A stretch of 64,000 nucleotides of DNA from an uncultured Actinomycetes bacterium (GCA_963781085.1 CAWAES010000048.1:112606-176605), one strand, 5' to 3'; counted from the stretch's first letter, positions 36,905 through 48,177 are shown. Numbers and translations: made by a program. Notes: a model not told the origin generated them from the sequence alone.

Positions 36905-37519
36905 TCAGAAGCGGAGGACGGTGGTGGCCGTGCCCAGCTTCAGTCCTGCGCTGAACAGTTTGGTACCGAGCGCGGCGTCCAGGGCGCTCGCCGCGGTCTT
37001 GGTGAGGGTCACGACGATTCCGCTGGCCCGCACCGAGTGCTTGCCGGCCTTGAGGGTTGCGTGTGCGAGGCTGAGGTTGAACAGCGTCACGCGTGCTTTG
37101 GGATTCCCGTTGACGATCCCGGTCAGGTTGGCGTGGGTCAGGCTGATCACGAAGTCGCTGACCTTGACCTTTTTGCCCGTGGCGAGGTCGATGAACAAGA
37201 TCCCGCCACTGTGGGTGATGTAGCCGCCGAGCGGGCTCAGGCTGACTTTGCCGCCGGTCACCGGGAACCCGAACTTCGCGGCCACCTGACCATGCCGGTA
37301 CTTGATCACCTCACGCCCGGGCAGGGTGGCGACCGGGACGATCCCGTCCTTGAACAGGGCCACGGCGATGCCACTGGCCGTCGTGACGGAGGTCGTCCCG
37401 CCCCTGAGGTGCACAGCTGACGCCGCCGGGCGTGCTCCTGCTGAGGCGATGCCGGCCGCCGGACCTAGCAACAGGCCCGCCGCCGCGGCGATCACAGCTA
37501 GCCGCCGGAACACTCGCAT
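36905..37519 (-). CDS. secreted protein of unknown function
   Basis: MRVFRRLAVIAAAAGLLLGPAAGIASA signal peptide, then a beta-rich Thr/Gly/Val sequence. Confidence 0.7.
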   Translation of the reverse strand: MRVFRRLAVIAAAAGLLLGPAAGIASAGARPAASAVHLRGGTTSVTTASGIAVALFKDGIVPVATLPGREVIKYRHGQVAAKFGFPVTGGKVSLSPLGGYITHSGGILFIDLATGKKVKVSDFVISLTHANLTGIVNGNPKARVTLFNLSLAHATLKAGKHSVRASGIVVTLTKTAASALDAALGTKLFSAGLKLGTATTVLRF

Positions 37520-37618
37520 GGTGTCTCCCTTCCCGACCGTGCCGTGCGGCACGGTCATGTCAGCAAGGGATACCGGCGCCAGAGTCGCCGCAGATGCAGA
37601 CTCGGTGACGTATTTCGG

Positions 37619-38414
37619 TCACTGGGGCAGCGAACCGCGCACCACGCTGGTCCGCGAGTGCAGCGTGCTGCCGTTGAACGGCTGCAGCGAGACATCGATC
37701 CGCGAGTAGTTGGCCAGGTCAACACCGGGGGGCATGGTGAATTTCCCGGAGTGCCCGGGACCGAGGTCACCCAGGGAGATCATGCTGGTGCCGTTGCGGG
37801 CCAGCAGCCACACCTCGTAGAAGCCGGGCTTGCGTGGTGCGCGGAGTGACACCGTGAGCTGCTTCCCGTGCGGGCCTTCGGCCATGACCGCGGTCCCGCG
37901 GGCCGCCTGCCATTGGGGGAACTGCGGGAGCGGGCGGAGCGGGATGCTCGCCACCGCATGCGCAGCCGGTGCTGCCGTGAGCTGGTGGACTGCCGGCGGC
38001 GCCGCCGGCCCCGATGAGCAGCCCCGCGACCAGGCCCGCGGCCGCGGTGAGCAGCGGGCGGCGGCGCCACCAGGCGGGGCGGGCCTGCGATGGGCCCGGC
38101 TCCGCCGCCGGAACCGGCCCCGGACCGGCGGCCGTATCCGGTCGGTGATTGCGGCCCGTCTCCGGTGCCGTCACTGGCCCGGGCACCGGATCAACGCCGG
38201 CCGCGGCGGCCACCCGTGACCAGAGCGCGGGCGGTGGCGAGTCCAGCATCCGCAGGTCCGGACCGCTGCGCGTCACCGACACCACCTTCGTTAGCTGCCG
38301 CAATTCAGTGGCGCACTCCGGGCAACTGGCCAGATGCGCGCGGTCCTCGGCGGCGGTGTCCTCGCCCAGCGCCAGCAGCGCCAGGAGATCCGGGTCAATG
38401 TGTGGCACCGTCAC
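37619..38414 (-). CDS. RskA-type anti-sigma-K factor, apparent frameshift near 37985-37992
   Basis: N-terminus carries [12 protein letters not shown] and TM segment [21 protein letters not shown]. After a shift it continues [18 protein letters not shown]...[22 protein letters not shown] (RskA C-terminal domain). Confidence 0.75.
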
Positions 38415-39021
38415 CCTCCAGCCTGGTCCGGAGCCGCTGGAGACTGCGGCGGATGTGACTCTTCACGGTTCCGAGCGGGAGCCGGAGCGCGGCGGCGATC
38501 TGCTCGTGCGTGAGGTCGGTATAGAAGGCGAGCATCATGATCTGGCGCTGCGGCTCTCCCAGGCGGACGATCTCGTCGGTGAGGACGACCCGGTCGATGA
38601 TCTGATCAGGCTGGCCGGGACCATCCGCCGGGCCCGGCCGCCTGGTGGCCAGGCTAGCTCCCGCGGCGCGCACCCGGCCCGCCTCCCGCTCGCGGGTCCG
38701 CAGCGCGTCGACGACCTTGTTGCGGGTGATAGCCATCAGCCAGGTGGACAGCCCGCCCCGGCCGGGGTCGAACGAATCCCGGCCGCGCCACGCGGCCACG
38801 AAGACCTGCTGCGTCACGTCCTCGGCGTCGGTGGGCGCGCCGAGCGAGCGCAGCGCGACGGTGTACACCATCGCGGCATAGCGCTCATAGACCAGGGACA
38901 GGGCGTCCGACCGGCCCTTCTGGAAGGCGACGGCGATGTCGCCGTCCGCAGCGCTGCCCACGGCGCCGACAGTAGCCCACCGCACGTAGCAGCGAGAAAA
39001 CCAGTGCTCCGCGGCGGGCAT
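38395..39021 (-). CDS. ECF sigma factor (SigK-like by partner)
   Basis: Motifs: [41 protein letters not shown] and [35 protein letters not shown]. The start choice (M39) is tentative. Confidence 0.85.
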   Translation of the reverse strand: MPAAEHWFSRCYVRWATVGAVGSAADGDIAVAFQKGRSDALSLVYERYAAMVYTVALRSLGAPTDAEDVTQQVFVAAWRGRDSFDPGRGGLSTWLMAITRNKVVDALRTREREAGRVRAAGASLATRRPGPADGPGQPDQIIDRVVLTDEIVRLGEPQRQIMMLAFYTDLTHEQIAAALRLPLGTVKSHIRRSLQRLRTRLEGDGATH

Positions 39022-39133
39022 GCTTAGCGGCCGGTTTCTGGGTACTGCACGGGCGAACGTCAGGCTGCGGCCCGGCCCCTGGCCGCAGGAAGGAACGGAG
39101 CCTCCCATGATCCGCCCCAGTGCCCAGGCCGTC

Positions 39134-40203
39134 ATGAAGACCGCGAAGAGCCGAGAGCCCCTAAGCTCGCCGCGGCGGCCGCCGTCGCGATCCTCGCCCT
39201 GGCCGGCTGCAAGGGCCTGCCCACGGCGGGCGCCGGGGCCTCGGGCGAGGGCACCTCCGGCGGGGGCACCTCGGGCGCGGGCTCGGCAGCGGCGGCGCCC
39301 GCCCAGTCCGGCGCGCTGATCACCGAGCCGCAGGCCGGGTTCTCACCCGTCTACCAGCTGATCAAGCACGCCAGGCACAGCATCGACCTGACCATGTACG
39401 AGTTCTCCGACACCAAGGCCGAGCACGACCTGGCCGCGGCGGCCAAGCGCGGCGTGACCGTCAAGGTCATCCTGGACCAGCGGGAGAAGAGCCACAACTC
39501 CAGCACCTACGACTACCTGAAGTCACACCGGGTCAAGGTCGTCTGGTCCTCGACCCGGTTCGAGTACACCCACCAGAAGACGCTGCTCGTCGACGGGTCC
39601 ACGGCGGTCATCATGACCGCGAACCTGACCAGCGAGTACTACTCCAGCACCCGGGACTTCCTGGTCATCGACACCAAGGCGGCCGACGTGACCGCGATCG
39701 CCCAGGTCTTCAACGCGGACTTCGCCCACCGTTCCGTCAAGCCCGGCGACGGCAAGGACCTGGTCTGGTCCCCGACCGACTCCCAGGCGAAGCTGCTCGC
39801 CCTCATCGGCGGGGCGACCAAGAGCCTGCGGATCTACAGCGAGGAGATGGGCGACACCACGATTGAGGACGCGCTCATCAAGGCGGCCAAGCGCGGGGTC
39901 AACGTGAAGGTGTGCGGGGAGAACGAGAGCGGCGAGTACGACAGCGACTTCTCCCGGCTGGCCGCCGCCGGGGTGCACATCAGCTACTACAGCTCCTCCC
40001 ACGGGTTCTATATCCACGGGAAGGTGATCGAGGCCGACTACGGCACCGGCCACGCGAAGGTGTTCATCGGCTCGGAGAACTTCTCCAGCACCTCTCTCAA
40101 CCGCAACCGCGAGCTCGGCCTGATCACCTCCAACCAGAAGGTGCTGTCCGCGATCGCCCGCAGCTTCGCCGGTGACTACCGCAACGGCAAGCACTGGTCC
40201 TAG
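39134..40203 (+). CDS. phospholipase D-like (two HKD motifs) lipoprotein, missing C in a C-run near 39155-39162
   Basis: MKTAKSRE, then a shift to [17 protein letters not shown] (lipobox), then ...HQKTLLVDG and HGKVIEAD...GSENFS. Confidence 0.8.
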
Positions 40204-40354
40204 CGTTCTGGATCCGGCCCCGCCGGCGGTCGAGCTGGGCGTGGGTGCAGTTCTCGAGCGGCTCGCAATCTGACGCGCCGACGGCGAATGCCACGACGAA
40301 GCGGACATGGCGGGCATCGGCCGCTGGCTACGGCCAGCCCGGTCCCGGACCACG

Positions 40355-40837
40355 CTATTCAGTGATCTTGGTCAGGAACAGCCAGGCACTGGTAACGCCG
40401 CCGACCAGAGCCGTGAGCACGGGCGCGACCAGGACGTACAGCCCGGCGCCCAGGCCCAGAACCAGGACGATCGCGGCGGCGAGCAGCAGGACCGACGTGA
40501 CCATGTTGGGGGTGACGGCTTCCAGCACCTGCGCGATCGCCTGATCGCTCCGGCTGGCTTTCGCGCGCCGGTCCAGGACGTAGAGGCCAGCACCAGTGGC
40601 CACACCGGCGGCCAGCAACTCAGCGCCGAGCGTGCGATACCCCTGACCAGGAATCGCCATCAAGACCGCGATGACCAGGACCGTGCCGAACAAGATGAGC
40701 GTCTGGGCGGCCCGGTTCCTCAGCTCCTGCGACCTGGCGATGTAGTCGGCCCTGATCGAGACGGCCACGAACAACAGGCCGGTCAGGGCGGCCGCGGCGC
40801 CCCCGGCGATCGTGGCGAACGCGTCCCATGTCTCCAC
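40355..40837 (-). CDS. integral membrane protein (4 TM), unknown function
   Basis: Intact track ORF with hydrophobic helices separated by short charged loops. Confidence 0.7.
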   Translation of the reverse strand: METWDAFATIAGGAAAALTGLLFVAVSIRADYIARSQELRNRAAQTLILFGTVLVIAVLMAIPGQGYRTLGAELLAAGVATGAGLYVLDRRAKASRSDQAIAQVLEAVTPNMVTSVLLLAAAIVLVLGLGAGLYVLVAPVLTALVGGVTSAWLFLTKITE

Positions 40838-40985
40838 GCAAATCCCTCGATCTCAGCAAGATCATGAACCAACAGCCGCTGGCCGCGAGAATACGGGTCT
40901 GGCGCCTCCGGTGACCCGCCAGGGGCCGGACGGCGCGGTCCTGACGTCGCTGGGGGGCCGGGCCCGGAGGGGTGATGATGGCGCT

Positions 40986-41948
40986 ATGACGTTGTCTACG
41001 GTGTTCACCACGATGTTCTCGCTGCGGCACCCCATCGCGCTGGCCCCCCTGGGCGGAACGGCCGGCGGTGCGCTGAGCGCGGCGGTCTCGAACGGCGGCG
41101 GGCTGGGCCTGCTCGGCGGTGGCCCCGGGGACCTGGACTGGCTGGACCGTGAGCTGCCGATCGTCGCCGAGGGCACCGGCCAGTCCTGGGGGGTCGGTTT
41201 CCAGAGCTGGGCGGTTGACACCAGCACGGTCGAGCGTGCGCTGCGCTACCGGCCGAGGGCCGTGATGCTGTCCTTCGGCGACCCCCGCCCGTTCACCGGA
41301 CTCATCCGGCAGGCGGGCGCGGCGCTGATCATCCAGGTCACCGACCTTGAGGAGGCCAGGCAGGCCGTGGACCTCGGCGCCGACGTCATCGTGGCCCAGG
41401 GCACCGAAGCCGGCGGGCACGGGGCCCGCCGCGGCCGGTCCACGCTGCCCTTCGTGCCGGTCGTGGTGGACCTGGCCGCACCCACGCCGGTACTGGCTGC
41501 GGGCGGGATCGCCGACGGGCGGGGCGTGGCCGCGGCGCTGGCTCTCGGGGCCGCCGGGGCGCTCGTCGGAACCCGGTTCCAGGCCACAGCCGAGTCGCTG
41601 GCCGCCCCGGAGATCAAGAAGGCCATCGTCGAGGGGCACGCGGAGGACACCGAGCGCAGCCGGGTGCTCGATATCGCCCGGGGCTCCCGGTGGCCGGCGA
41701 GGTATCCGGGCCGTACTCTCGGCCACCCGTTCCTGGACGAGTGGCGGGGCCGTGAAGACGAACTCGCCGCCGACGCGGGGGCCAGGCAGGCGTACCGGGA
41801 GGGCGTGGCGCGAGGCGACCTCCCGCCGCAGCCGGTGTGGGCCGGCGAGGCCGTCGATCTCATCAGCGACCTGCCGTCCGCGGCCGACCTGGTCGGTGCG
41901 CTCGCCGGGCAGGCGGAGGAAGCACTGGCCCGCCTGGGAACGCGCTGA
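40986..41948 (+). CDS. nitronate monooxygenase (NMO / 2-nitropropane dioxygenase family)
   Basis: Starts at MTLSTVFTTMFSLRHPIALAPLGG. Motifs: DVIVAQGTEAGGHG, AAGGIADGRG. Confidence 0.85.
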   Translation: MTLSTVFTTMFSLRHPIALAPLGGTAGGALSAAVSNGGGLGLLGGGPGDLDWLDRELPIVAEGTGQSWGVGFQSWAVDTSTVERALRYRPRAVMLSFGDPRPFTGLIRQAGAALIIQVTDLEEARQAVDLGADVIVAQGTEAGGHGARRGRSTLPFVPVVVDLAAPTPVLAAGGIADGRGVAAALALGAAGALVGTRFQATAESLAAPEIKKAIVEGHAEDTERSRVLDIARGSRWPARYPGRTLGHPFLDEWRGREDELAADAGARQAYREGVARGDLPPQPVWAGEAVDLISDLPSAADLVGALAGQAEEALARLGTR

Positions 41949-41966
41949 CCGGGACGGCCGGCCCGG

Positions 41967-43085
41967 TCAGCGCAGCGGGATGGGGCTGCCGGGGACCGGG
42001 GTGAGGGGCTGCCCGGTCACCGGCCAGCCACCCGGCGCCCAGATCAGCGGGCGCACCTGGACCCACGGGTCGCCGTTGTCGAACGCGTCGTAGTAGTGGT
42101 ACACGAGATAGGACCGCGACCCCTGCGTGAAGATCGACGAGGACCCCGGGCCGACCATCCCCTCGTCGCTGCCCTGGACCTCCATGCCGCCGCTGTCCAT
42201 CATCGGCGTGCCAGGCCGGATCCACGTAGGGTCCGGTGACGCTGGCCGAACGGCCCGCCATGATGCGGTAGGTACTGCCGATGCCCGCGCAGCACGTGTC
42301 GAAGGACACGAACAGGTAGTAGTACCCGGCGTGGTAGGTGATGCCTGCGCCTTCGAGCGCGTCCGGCGCGGGCCGCTGGGCCAGTGAGTACAGGGTCGGC
42401 GAGGCGCTGGCCGGCTTCCCGGTCGTGGCGTCCAGCGCGACGAGCTTGATGCCGCTCCAGAACGATCCGAACACCAGCCACTTGGTCCCGGATGCCCCGC
42501 TGACCAGCGACGGGTCGATCGCGTTGTAGTCGTCGGTGGTGCTGGAGCGCAGTACCAGGCCGTCGTCGCTCCAGTGGTAGCGCGGGCTGCGCGGGTCCAG
42601 CGTGGGCGTCGTGGCCAGGCCGATCACCGAATTGTTCGAGCCGAAGCTGGACCCCGCGTAGTACAGGTGCCACAGCCCGCCGAAGTAGGAGATGTCCGGG
42701 GCCCACAGGTTCGGGATGCTGCCGAGAGCCGCGGTGATCCAGGCCGGCTTGTCCGCGAACACGGTGCCGTTATACGTCCAGTGCCGCAGGTCCCGGGAGG
42801 TGCGGATCTGGACGTTGCCGTTGCCGATGGTCCCGGCCGGGTCGCCGGTCGAGAACAGGTAGTACGTGCCCCCCTCCCTGGCCATGCTCGGGTCGTGCAC
42901 GAACACGTAGTTTGCCGGGGCGCCCGTGCTGGCCAGCGCGCCCGTGCCGGCCGGTGCGGCGGGGCCAGCGGCGGGCCCGTGGCGGCGGGCGCTCCTAAGG
43001 AGGCTGCCGCTCCCCCGCTGACGAGCAGGGTGGCGGCCACGGCCGAGGCCACGGCCAGGACGGCACGGCGGGCAGGGATCCTCAT
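41967..43085 (-). CDS. secreted GH43-family glycoside hydrolase (arabinanase-like), two apparent frameshifts (~42955-42975, ~42205-42215)
   Basis: MRIPARRAVLAVASAVAATLLVSGGAAAS signal peptide. After a shift: VHDPSMAREGGTYYLFSTG, WAPDISYFGGLWHLYYA, DPSLV, GAGITYHAGYYYLFVSFD. After a second shift: MMDSGGMEVQGSDEGMVGPGSSSIF...YLVYHYY. Confidence 0.8.
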
Positions 43086-43375
43086 CGGTCCTCCGAGGTG
43101 GAGTGGGGACATAACCGGCGAACTAAAACCCGAGGTAGAGACATGAGCGAACGTTCGCCCACAGGGACATTTTATGATTTTCCCGATGAATCGTCCAGGT
43201 CGCGCGGCCGCCACCGGCCTGGCAGGCCCGGACTTCGCCTGCCTCTGGCGGAGGTTGCCCGCCACCGTGCCCGCGTTCACGCTGGGAAGTGGCGACGATC
43301 GCTGCCGTCCTCAAGACTGCCGGGTACACCCGGCCCTGACCTGAGCCGGGCGCCGGCTGTGGATACCGTGGCCAC

Positions 43376-44383
43376 ATGACCAGCACGATGCGCGCGGTGG
43401 GCTACCGCAAGCCCTTGCCCAGCTCGGACCCGGCCAGCCTGGAAGACCTCGAACTCCCGGTCCCCGAGCCTGGACCCCGTGACCTCCTGGTCCAGGTCAA
43501 GGCGGTGTCGGTGAACCCCGCCGACGTCAAGATGCGCGCGGGCCTCGACCCCGGCGGGCAGCCCCGGGTGCTCGGCTTCGACGCGTCGGGCGTGGTCACC
43601 GCGATCGGCCGCGGGGTGAGCTTGTTCGCCGTGGGCGACGAGGTCTACTACGCGGGGTCCGTCAGCCGGCCGGGCAGCGACGCCCAGTTCCAGCTGGCCG
43701 ACGAGCGGATCGTCGGGCCCAAGCCACGCACGCTGACCTTCGCCCAGGCCGCAGCGCTGCCGCTGACCAGCATCACCGCCTGGGAGACGCTGTTCGACCG
43801 GTTCCGGCTGGGCGCGGAGAGCTCCGGCGTCCTGCTGGTGCTGGCCGCAGCGGGCGGCGTCGGGTCCATGGTCATCCAGCTGACCCGGGCGCTCACCGGC
43901 CTCACAGTGATCGGCACCGCGTCCCGGCCCGAGTCACGGCAGTGGGCGCTGGACCTCGGCGCGCACTATGTGGTCAACCATCACGACCTGGTGCCCGCCG
44001 TGCGGGACGTCGCGCCGGACGGCGTTGACTACGTGTTCTCCCCGCACACCGGCGGGATGATCGGTGCGTTCGCCGAGGTGCTCCGGCCGGCCGGTGAGAT
44101 CACCGCCATCGACGAGCCCAAGGGGCTGGACCTGCTCCCGCTCAAGGACAAGAGCATCACGTTCCACTGGGAGTTCATGTTCACCCGCCCGCTGTTCCAG
44201 ACCCCGGACATGATCGCCCAGCACGACGCGCTGGAGCGGGTCGCGGAACTGGTGGACGCCGGGTCCCTCCGGACCACGCTCTCCGCTGAGCTCACTCCGT
44301 TCAGTGCCGCCACGCTGCGCCGCGCACACGCCATGGTGGAAGACGGCCACATGACGGGCAAGGTCGTGGTAGCCGGCTTCTGA
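43376..44383 (+). CDS. zinc-binding alcohol dehydrogenase family / quinone oxidoreductase-like protein
   Basis: VKAVSVNPADVKMR, GFDASGVV, LVLAAAGGVGSMVIQL. Confidence 0.85.
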   Translation: MTSTMRAVGYRKPLPSSDPASLEDLELPVPEPGPRDLLVQVKAVSVNPADVKMRAGLDPGGQPRVLGFDASGVVTAIGRGVSLFAVGDEVYYAGSVSRPGSDAQFQLADERIVGPKPRTLTFAQAAALPLTSITAWETLFDRFRLGAESSGVLLVLAAAGGVGSMVIQLTRALTGLTVIGTASRPESRQWALDLGAHYVVNHHDLVPAVRDVAPDGVDYVFSPHTGGMIGAFAEVLRPAGEITAIDEPKGLDLLPLKDKSITFHWEFMFTRPLFQTPDMIAQHDALERVAELVDAGSLRTTLSAELTPFSAATLRRAHAMVEDGHMTGKVVVAGF

Positions 44384-44412
44384 GTGAACTCCCCGAGTCG
44401 GGACTCTCAGGT

Positions 44413-45751
44413 TCAGCGTGCGGGAAGGGGGCTGTCGAGGGTGAGCCAGCCGCCGGGGTGGGTGAAGTGCAGGGTGGCGTTGGGGTCGCCGGTGACGGTC
44501 CAGCCCAGGATGTGAATGAAGTAGTGGTGGTGGACGTGGCAGAACAGGGCCATGTCGCCCAGGCTGGTGGCGCCGCCGGCGCTCCAGGGTTTGATGTGGT
44601 GGGGGGTGACCCCAGGCGGCCAGCGCCCCGCACTGGGTCCACCGGCAGCCCTGGTCACGGGCTTCGAGCGCGCGGCGCAGGCCCGGGGGTTCGGTGCGGC
44701 GGTGCGGCCGGCGTCGAGGGGCAGGCCGTCGTCCCAGCGGATGGCGCCGATCTGGGCGCCCCAGCACAGGGCCAGCACCCGCCGGGCGGTCAGTATGGTG
44801 CCGTGCCCGGTCCGCCTGGCGCCGCCCCGCCGACCAGGCCAGAAGACGCCCCGGTGATCAGGCCGGGAGATGTCCCGGCCGCCGGGGCTGTCCCAGCCGT
44901 GGCCCTCGGCTGCGCCCGCCCGGATGCCGTGCGCGATGCCCGGGCCGCAGCGTCCGCCACGGCCTGGGCCAGAGTCTCGTCCTTGACCAGGACGCTGATG
45001 TGCGGCGCGGCGCCGCGCCGTTCCGGCGTCTTACCGGCGTCGAGAGCGGCTTTGCAGGCGGCGACGAGGCCGTCCATCCGCCGCTGCGCGGCGGTGCGCG
45101 CATCGGCCTGGCCGCCGGGCGGGCTGAACGCCTCCGCCGCGGTCCGCAGGATCTCGCAGGACACCGCGTTGCCGCACGTCCCTGACAGCATTCCGGTGCT
45201 GTCCAGGGTCAGGCCGAACGACAGGTGCCGCTTGTCCCAGCGCTTCTTCTCCCGCTCCTCCGCCGTCAGGATCGGCGCGGCAAGCGACCTCGTCCGCGAA
45301 CTGCCGTAACCGCGCGGTATCCAGCCCCGGCGCGTGATCCAGCAGCACCTGCTCGGCCAGGCCAGCGGCCTCACCCAGGCCGGCGGCAGCCTGGACGACG
45401 ATCTGCGCCTGGTCGAAGAAGATCACCCCGCCGTGCAAGGCCTGCTCCGTCGCCGCCAGGTCCCGTAACCCCCGGCCGGTGGCCACCACCGCCGCGGCCC
45501 GCCCGGGAGCCAGGCCGCACCGCGCCCGCAAAGACGCTGACGCGGGCTTGTGCCCGGCCTCCGCCGCCCCACCCGTGGTATCCAGGGTGGCGGTCAGCCG
45601 GGTCAGCTGCCCTTGTGCCTGGCTGATGAAGGCAGCCAGATCGGTGATCTGGCCCATCAGCGCGGCCGCGCGGCCGCGCCCAGCGCGGCCGGTCGAGGCG
45701 GGCCAGTTCGGCCGGCGCCGCGTCCCTCGCAGACTGCTCTGGTAAACACAT
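44413..45751 (-). pseudogene. DUF222/HNH endonuclease (REP13E12-like), at least four frame changes
   Basis: Segments in different frames: MCLPEQSARDAAPAELARLDRP; LMGQITDLAAFISQAQGQLTRL...RLRQFADEV; ILTAEEREKKRWDKRHLSF...AAPHISVLV; HHIKPWSAGGATSLGDMALFCHVHHHYFIH (HNH). Confidence 0.7.
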
Positions 45752-45969
45752 ATTCGAATCATCGCATCCGCCACCGACAAAACGACTCCAAGAACACCGG
45801 AGGCGAACGGCAGGCGGGGTGATCAACCCGCGGTAGAGACCACGGCGGGACCCCTGCTGGTCTACGGCAACGCGTTGATCAGTTCGTGGCGCTTAGTAGT
45901 TAGGCCCCACCGGAGCTGTCCGCGCAGACGACCGGCGCCGGCGGTGCCCCGGCGCTCCGCCCCGGTGGC

Positions 45970-46602
45970 CTACTCCGCCCGGGTGGCCTGCTCTACGGGG
46001 AGGGCCCGCCGTGAGCGGGCGCGCCGGTGCCGTGCGTGGGTGGTTGGCTGCTCGGCGGCTGGGGCGCCTCCTGCTGCGGCCGCCGGACCCGCGGGCGCCG
46101 GGCTTGCGGACGCCGCGCCCCGGAACGGCGGACCCCCGGCCGGTGAGCCCCTGCCCGCTGGGCGGACCGGGGCGAGGCGCACCAGCAGGTTGTAGGTGAC
46201 CAGGCCGATGGCCACGTGCATGACCATGAGCACGGCGACCCCCTTGGCCGGCTCGCCCATATGCAGGATGTAGAGGTCCGGCAGCAGCAAGACCAGCGTC
46301 ACCAGGATGGCCAGGCGGAGGAACAGCCAGCGCGGAGCCGAGCTGATCCTCGTCACGATCGGCCAGGCCACGCAGGCGATGATCACCCCGATGACGGTGA
46401 GCTTGGCGTAGTCGGAGAACTGGAAGTGCGCGAATCCCCTGGTGCTGGGGAAGACGGCTTTCCCGATGACGACGAGGATGGCGTCGGCGGCCAGCGATCC
46501 GGCGATCGAGGCGATCGTCGCCAGCAGGACCCGCCCGGCGGACGGCTGGCGGTGCCGAGCGGAGAAATCCACGCGGGCCAGGGACGCGAGCTGATTCAGC
46601 AT
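45970..46602 (-). CDS. membrane protein (4 TM; DUF6069-like), low-complexity tail
   Basis: LLATIASIAGSLAADAILVVIG..., VIGVIIACVAWPIV, LAILVTLVLLLPDLY, AVLMVMHVAIGLVTYNLL. Confidence 0.65.
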   Translation of the reverse strand: MLNQLASLARVDFSARHRQPSAGRVLLATIASIAGSLAADAILVVIGKAVFPSTRGFAHFQFSDYAKLTVIGVIIACVAWPIVTRISSAPRWLFLRLAILVTLVLLLPDLYILHMGEPAKGVAVLMVMHVAIGLVTYNLLVRLAPVRPAGRGSPAGGPPFRGAASASPAPAGPAAAAGGAPAAEQPTTHARHRRARSRRALPVEQATRAE

Positions 46603-46666
46603 TGCGTAACGGTAGAGGAACTAGCTACCGAGCCGTCACCCAGATCCCGAGAAACATTCCGCCGTA

Positions 46667-48091
46667 CTACGACAAGATTGCCCAGCCATGGGCTGACAGG
46701 ATCACCTGCGCCTCCGGGCCCCCAGCGCCGGCCAGCGTCCCCGGGCCGGCCAGTATCTCCCGGGCCCCCGGGACCTCGTTGCGGACCTCCTCGTCCGCCA
46801 GGCTGAGCGCCACCACCAGGTGCTGATCCCCCGCCGCCACCCGGTAGGTCATCTGCTCACCGGCCAGATGCAGCATCGTGGTCTGCGCCCGGTGCAGCCA
46901 CGGATGGCGGCGGCGCAGCCCGATGAGGTCCTGGTGCAGCCGGTAGATGGGCCAGCCGCCGGGGGGCAGGTCGTCCGGGCCGCCCGGGAACGCGGGCCGG
47001 ATCTCGTCGTCCCCGCCGGCCCGTTCCTCCTTGACTCCCCGGAAGGCCTGCTCGTCGCCGTAGTAGATGGCGGGCGTGCCGCCCACGGTGAGCAGGACGG
47101 CCAGCGCGTGGGCGAGGTGCCGGTCGTCCCGCAGGCGGCTGGCCAGCCGGGTCACGTCGTGGTTGCCCACGAAGGTCAGCGGCGCGAACGTCTCCAGGAA
47201 GTCGTTGTGCCGGCCCAGGGCGTGTCCCAGCTCGAACAGGTTGCGGTCGTTCAGCGAGCTCCAGATGGCTTTCCACAGCTCGTACTGGGTGACCGAGTCC
47301 AGGCCCGACGTGGCCACGAACTCCGGGTAGTCGCCGTGGATCACCTCGCCCACCAGGTACACCCGCGGATGCCTGGCCCGCACCTGCGCCGCCACCTGCG
47401 CCCAGAACGCCGTAGGCACCGCGTAGGCCGCGTCCAGCCGCCAGCCGTCCGCGCCCGCGTCCAGCCAGTGGTTCATTACCCCGGCGACGTCGCCGGCCAC
47501 GGCCGGTTCCTCGTGGTTGAGCGCCACCAGGGCTTCGTGGCCCTCGAACGTGCCGTACTGCGGCTTCGTCCCCGCCGCCGCGCCCGGCGGCCAGGTCAGC
47601 CGGAACCAGGAGGCCTCGGGGGCGGACGGGCCCTGCTCCAGCACCCGGCGGAAGGCCGGGAAGTCGCGGCCGACGTGGTTGAACACCCCGTCGAGCAGCA
47701 GCCGCAGCCCGCGCTCGTGCGCGGCCTGCGCCAGGGCCGCGAAGTCGTGCTCGTCCCCGAGCCGGGGGTCGATCCGGTAGTGGTCTGTCGTGTCGTACCC
47801 GTGCGTCTGGGAAGCGAAGACCGGCCCGAGCGCGATCCCCGAGGCACCCAGGTTCACCGCGTAGTCCAGCCAGCGGGCCAGCTGCCCGAGCCGGTGCGTG
47901 ACCGGCTGCGGCCCGGCCGCCTGCTCCGTGCTTCCGGGCCCGGCACCACCCGGCTCGCTGGCGGGTTCCGCCGAGGCGAAGCCGAGCGGGTAGACCTGCC
48001 ACCAGATGGCGTGCTTAACCCAGTCCGGCACGCGTCGCTCCTCAGCACTAGGCAGGTGGGCCACGCTACTCCGGCGCCCGCCGGGCGGCAC
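46667..48091 (-). CDS. GH13 alpha-amylase-family glycosidase
   Basis: Conserved regions DGVFNHVG, GWRLDAA, GEVIHGD, FVGNHD. The true start is possibly GTG near 48031. Confidence 0.9.
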   Translation of the reverse strand: MPPGGRRSSVAHLPSAEERRVPDWVKHAIWWQVYPLGFASAEPASEPGGAGPGSTEQAAGPQPVTHRLGQLARWLDYAVNLGASGIALGPVFASQTHGYDTTDHYRIDPRLGDEHDFAALAQAAHERGLRLLLDGVFNHVGRDFPAFRRVLEQGPSAPEASWFRLTWPPGAAAGTKPQYGTFEGHEALVALNHEEPAVAGDVAGVMNHWLDAGADGWRLDAAYAVPTAFWAQVAAQVRARHPRVYLVGEVIHGDYPEFVATSGLDSVTQYELWKAIWSSLNDRNLFELGHALGRHNDFLETFAPLTFVGNHDVTRLASRLRDDRHLAHALAVLLTVGGTPAIYYGDEQAFRGVKEERAGGDDEIRPAFPGGPDDLPPGGWPIYRLHQDLIGLRRRHPWLHRAQTTMLHLAGEQMTYRVAAGDQHLVVALSLADEEVRNEVPGAREILAGPGTLAGAGGPEAQVILSAHGWAILS

Positions 48092-48177
48092 GGGCTGAGC
48101 GAGGCGCGTGTGCGGCCGTGCCGGTCGGCGGATCCCGCTCCGGCTTCGCCGGGACAGGCTCGCGTACGTTACCGGGC

